Shown here: one piece after another, positions 63,011 through 64,000 of the stretch | Layout: each line of letters begins with the position of its first letter | How positions within the stretch are numbered: the stretch's first letter is position 1 | NCBI GenBank assembly: GCA_012026655.1 | Contig: JAAILG010000454.1 | Span: forward strand, 1-64,000 | Length of the DNA stretch: 64,000 bases | Direction: 5' to 3' | Source of the DNA: Hydrolagus affinis | Lineage: Eukaryota | Notes under the pieces: generated by a model | What the model was told of the DNA's origin: nothing | The model's input: only the letters and a program-made list of their open reading frames with translations | The model's database searches: none | Made by a program: the position numbers and the translations under genes

Positions 63011-64000
63011 ATTGTAACGACATGTTACAAAGTCACAAGATGCAGTTTTCACATTGATAGTTCCCTATCTCAGTTCTCAATCTTCGTTATGCCATCAAAA
63101 GAAGGCAAGCAAGTGCAGCTAAATGTTTCCCTTTAGGGAGGAATGGAAAGTTTTTTTGGGATTGACATCAGAGGCTGGCCAAAAGATTGCATTACCTGAG
63201 AACAGGCAGAAGGGATGTTGCCCTTTCTCTCAGCCAGGAAACAGATGCTGATATCTCAAGATCTATAAAGAAGAGAGCCAAGAAGCCCAAGAAAAAAAAT
63301 GGGAAGAGGGAAATTATTTTCAAATTCAAATATTTGATGTTCAAAGTGCCCATGCTGAGGAATGGAATGTGTCCCACCTCGTGCCAACATCAAATACTCC
63401 CAGCGGGATGGATAGACATAAAGGTGAAGGACAAAGATTTGCAAGTCTGCATTCGGATTTTTAAATGACGAAGTGTGCCACTCAGTGTTTTCTACAAGCA
63501 GTCAAGCTGTGTAAAACATAAATACACTCTCGTGTAGATAAGAACATTTCAGACCAGGTGAAACATAAACTGTGTTTCTATTGCTAAATCAAGAGGTAGC
63601 ATTGTGTAGATTTTATTATTGCTAATTAAATTTTGCCACATAATCCTGAACTCAAGCACATCATTTAACACCTAACTACATTACATGATTACTGCAAAAG
63701 TGGTGTTGACAGCAGCAATATTATAGATTAATTTTCTTGGAGTCCCTTTTATTAACACTTTTAAGCATGCGGTGTAATAGGAATAAGCACAGGAATCCTT
63801 CAGCTTACTGATTTCTATGCATCAGTAAGTATCTCGGCATACAGCCTTGCTGTTTTATTCAGAGCTTGGGACTCATTTTAATGCCTCATAAACTTTGGGA
63901 TTTTTTTCCTCTCAGACATAGTTGTTGGGTATTTCAAATAAATAGAAAATAGACAAGAGCCCTGCAATATCTATACTAAAACATGAAGTATTCTACATTA

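Noticed and set aside
63187-63468. Possible further Mtx2 exon or other gene
   Set aside because: No + frame resembles the expected next Mtx2 peptide (AFLQMCNLP...); unidentified, possibly a decayed repeat.

Overview
Vertebrate genomic DNA covering the 3' (anterior) end of a HoxD cluster and its usual neighbour, all on the + strand. It contains HoxD3 (2 coding exons, 410 aa), an intact HoxD2 (2 exons, 365 aa), HoxD1 (exon 1 cut by an assembly gap) and the promoter plus first three coding exons of metaxin-2 (Mtx2). Linkage to Mtx2 identifies the cluster as HoxD. An intact HoxD2 plus the tRNA-SINE, L2 and Deu-SINE repeats point to a cartilaginous fish, plausibly a holocephalan such as the elephant shark (inference). 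The first ~36.9 kb has no transposon I can recognise and carries regulatory motifs: three canonical DR5 retinoic-acid response elements (539, 13504, 34443), Pbx/Hox, Meis, Maf and Egr/Krox20 motifs, and a likely non-coding HoxD3 leader exon. Beyond 36.9 kb there are SINEs, L2 and CR1 fragments, a Tigger-derived fold-back MITE and a perfect 51-bp inverted repeat. Three 100-N gaps are present. Most short ORFs in the track are spurious. I found no clearly new gene system. The best leads are regulatory (a dense CAGAC/Smad-box field and duplicated CCAAT module upstream of HoxD1, a Hoxa1-type RARE 3' of HoxD1, hindbrain-type modules between HoxD2 and HoxD1) and structural (hairpins, nested insertions).
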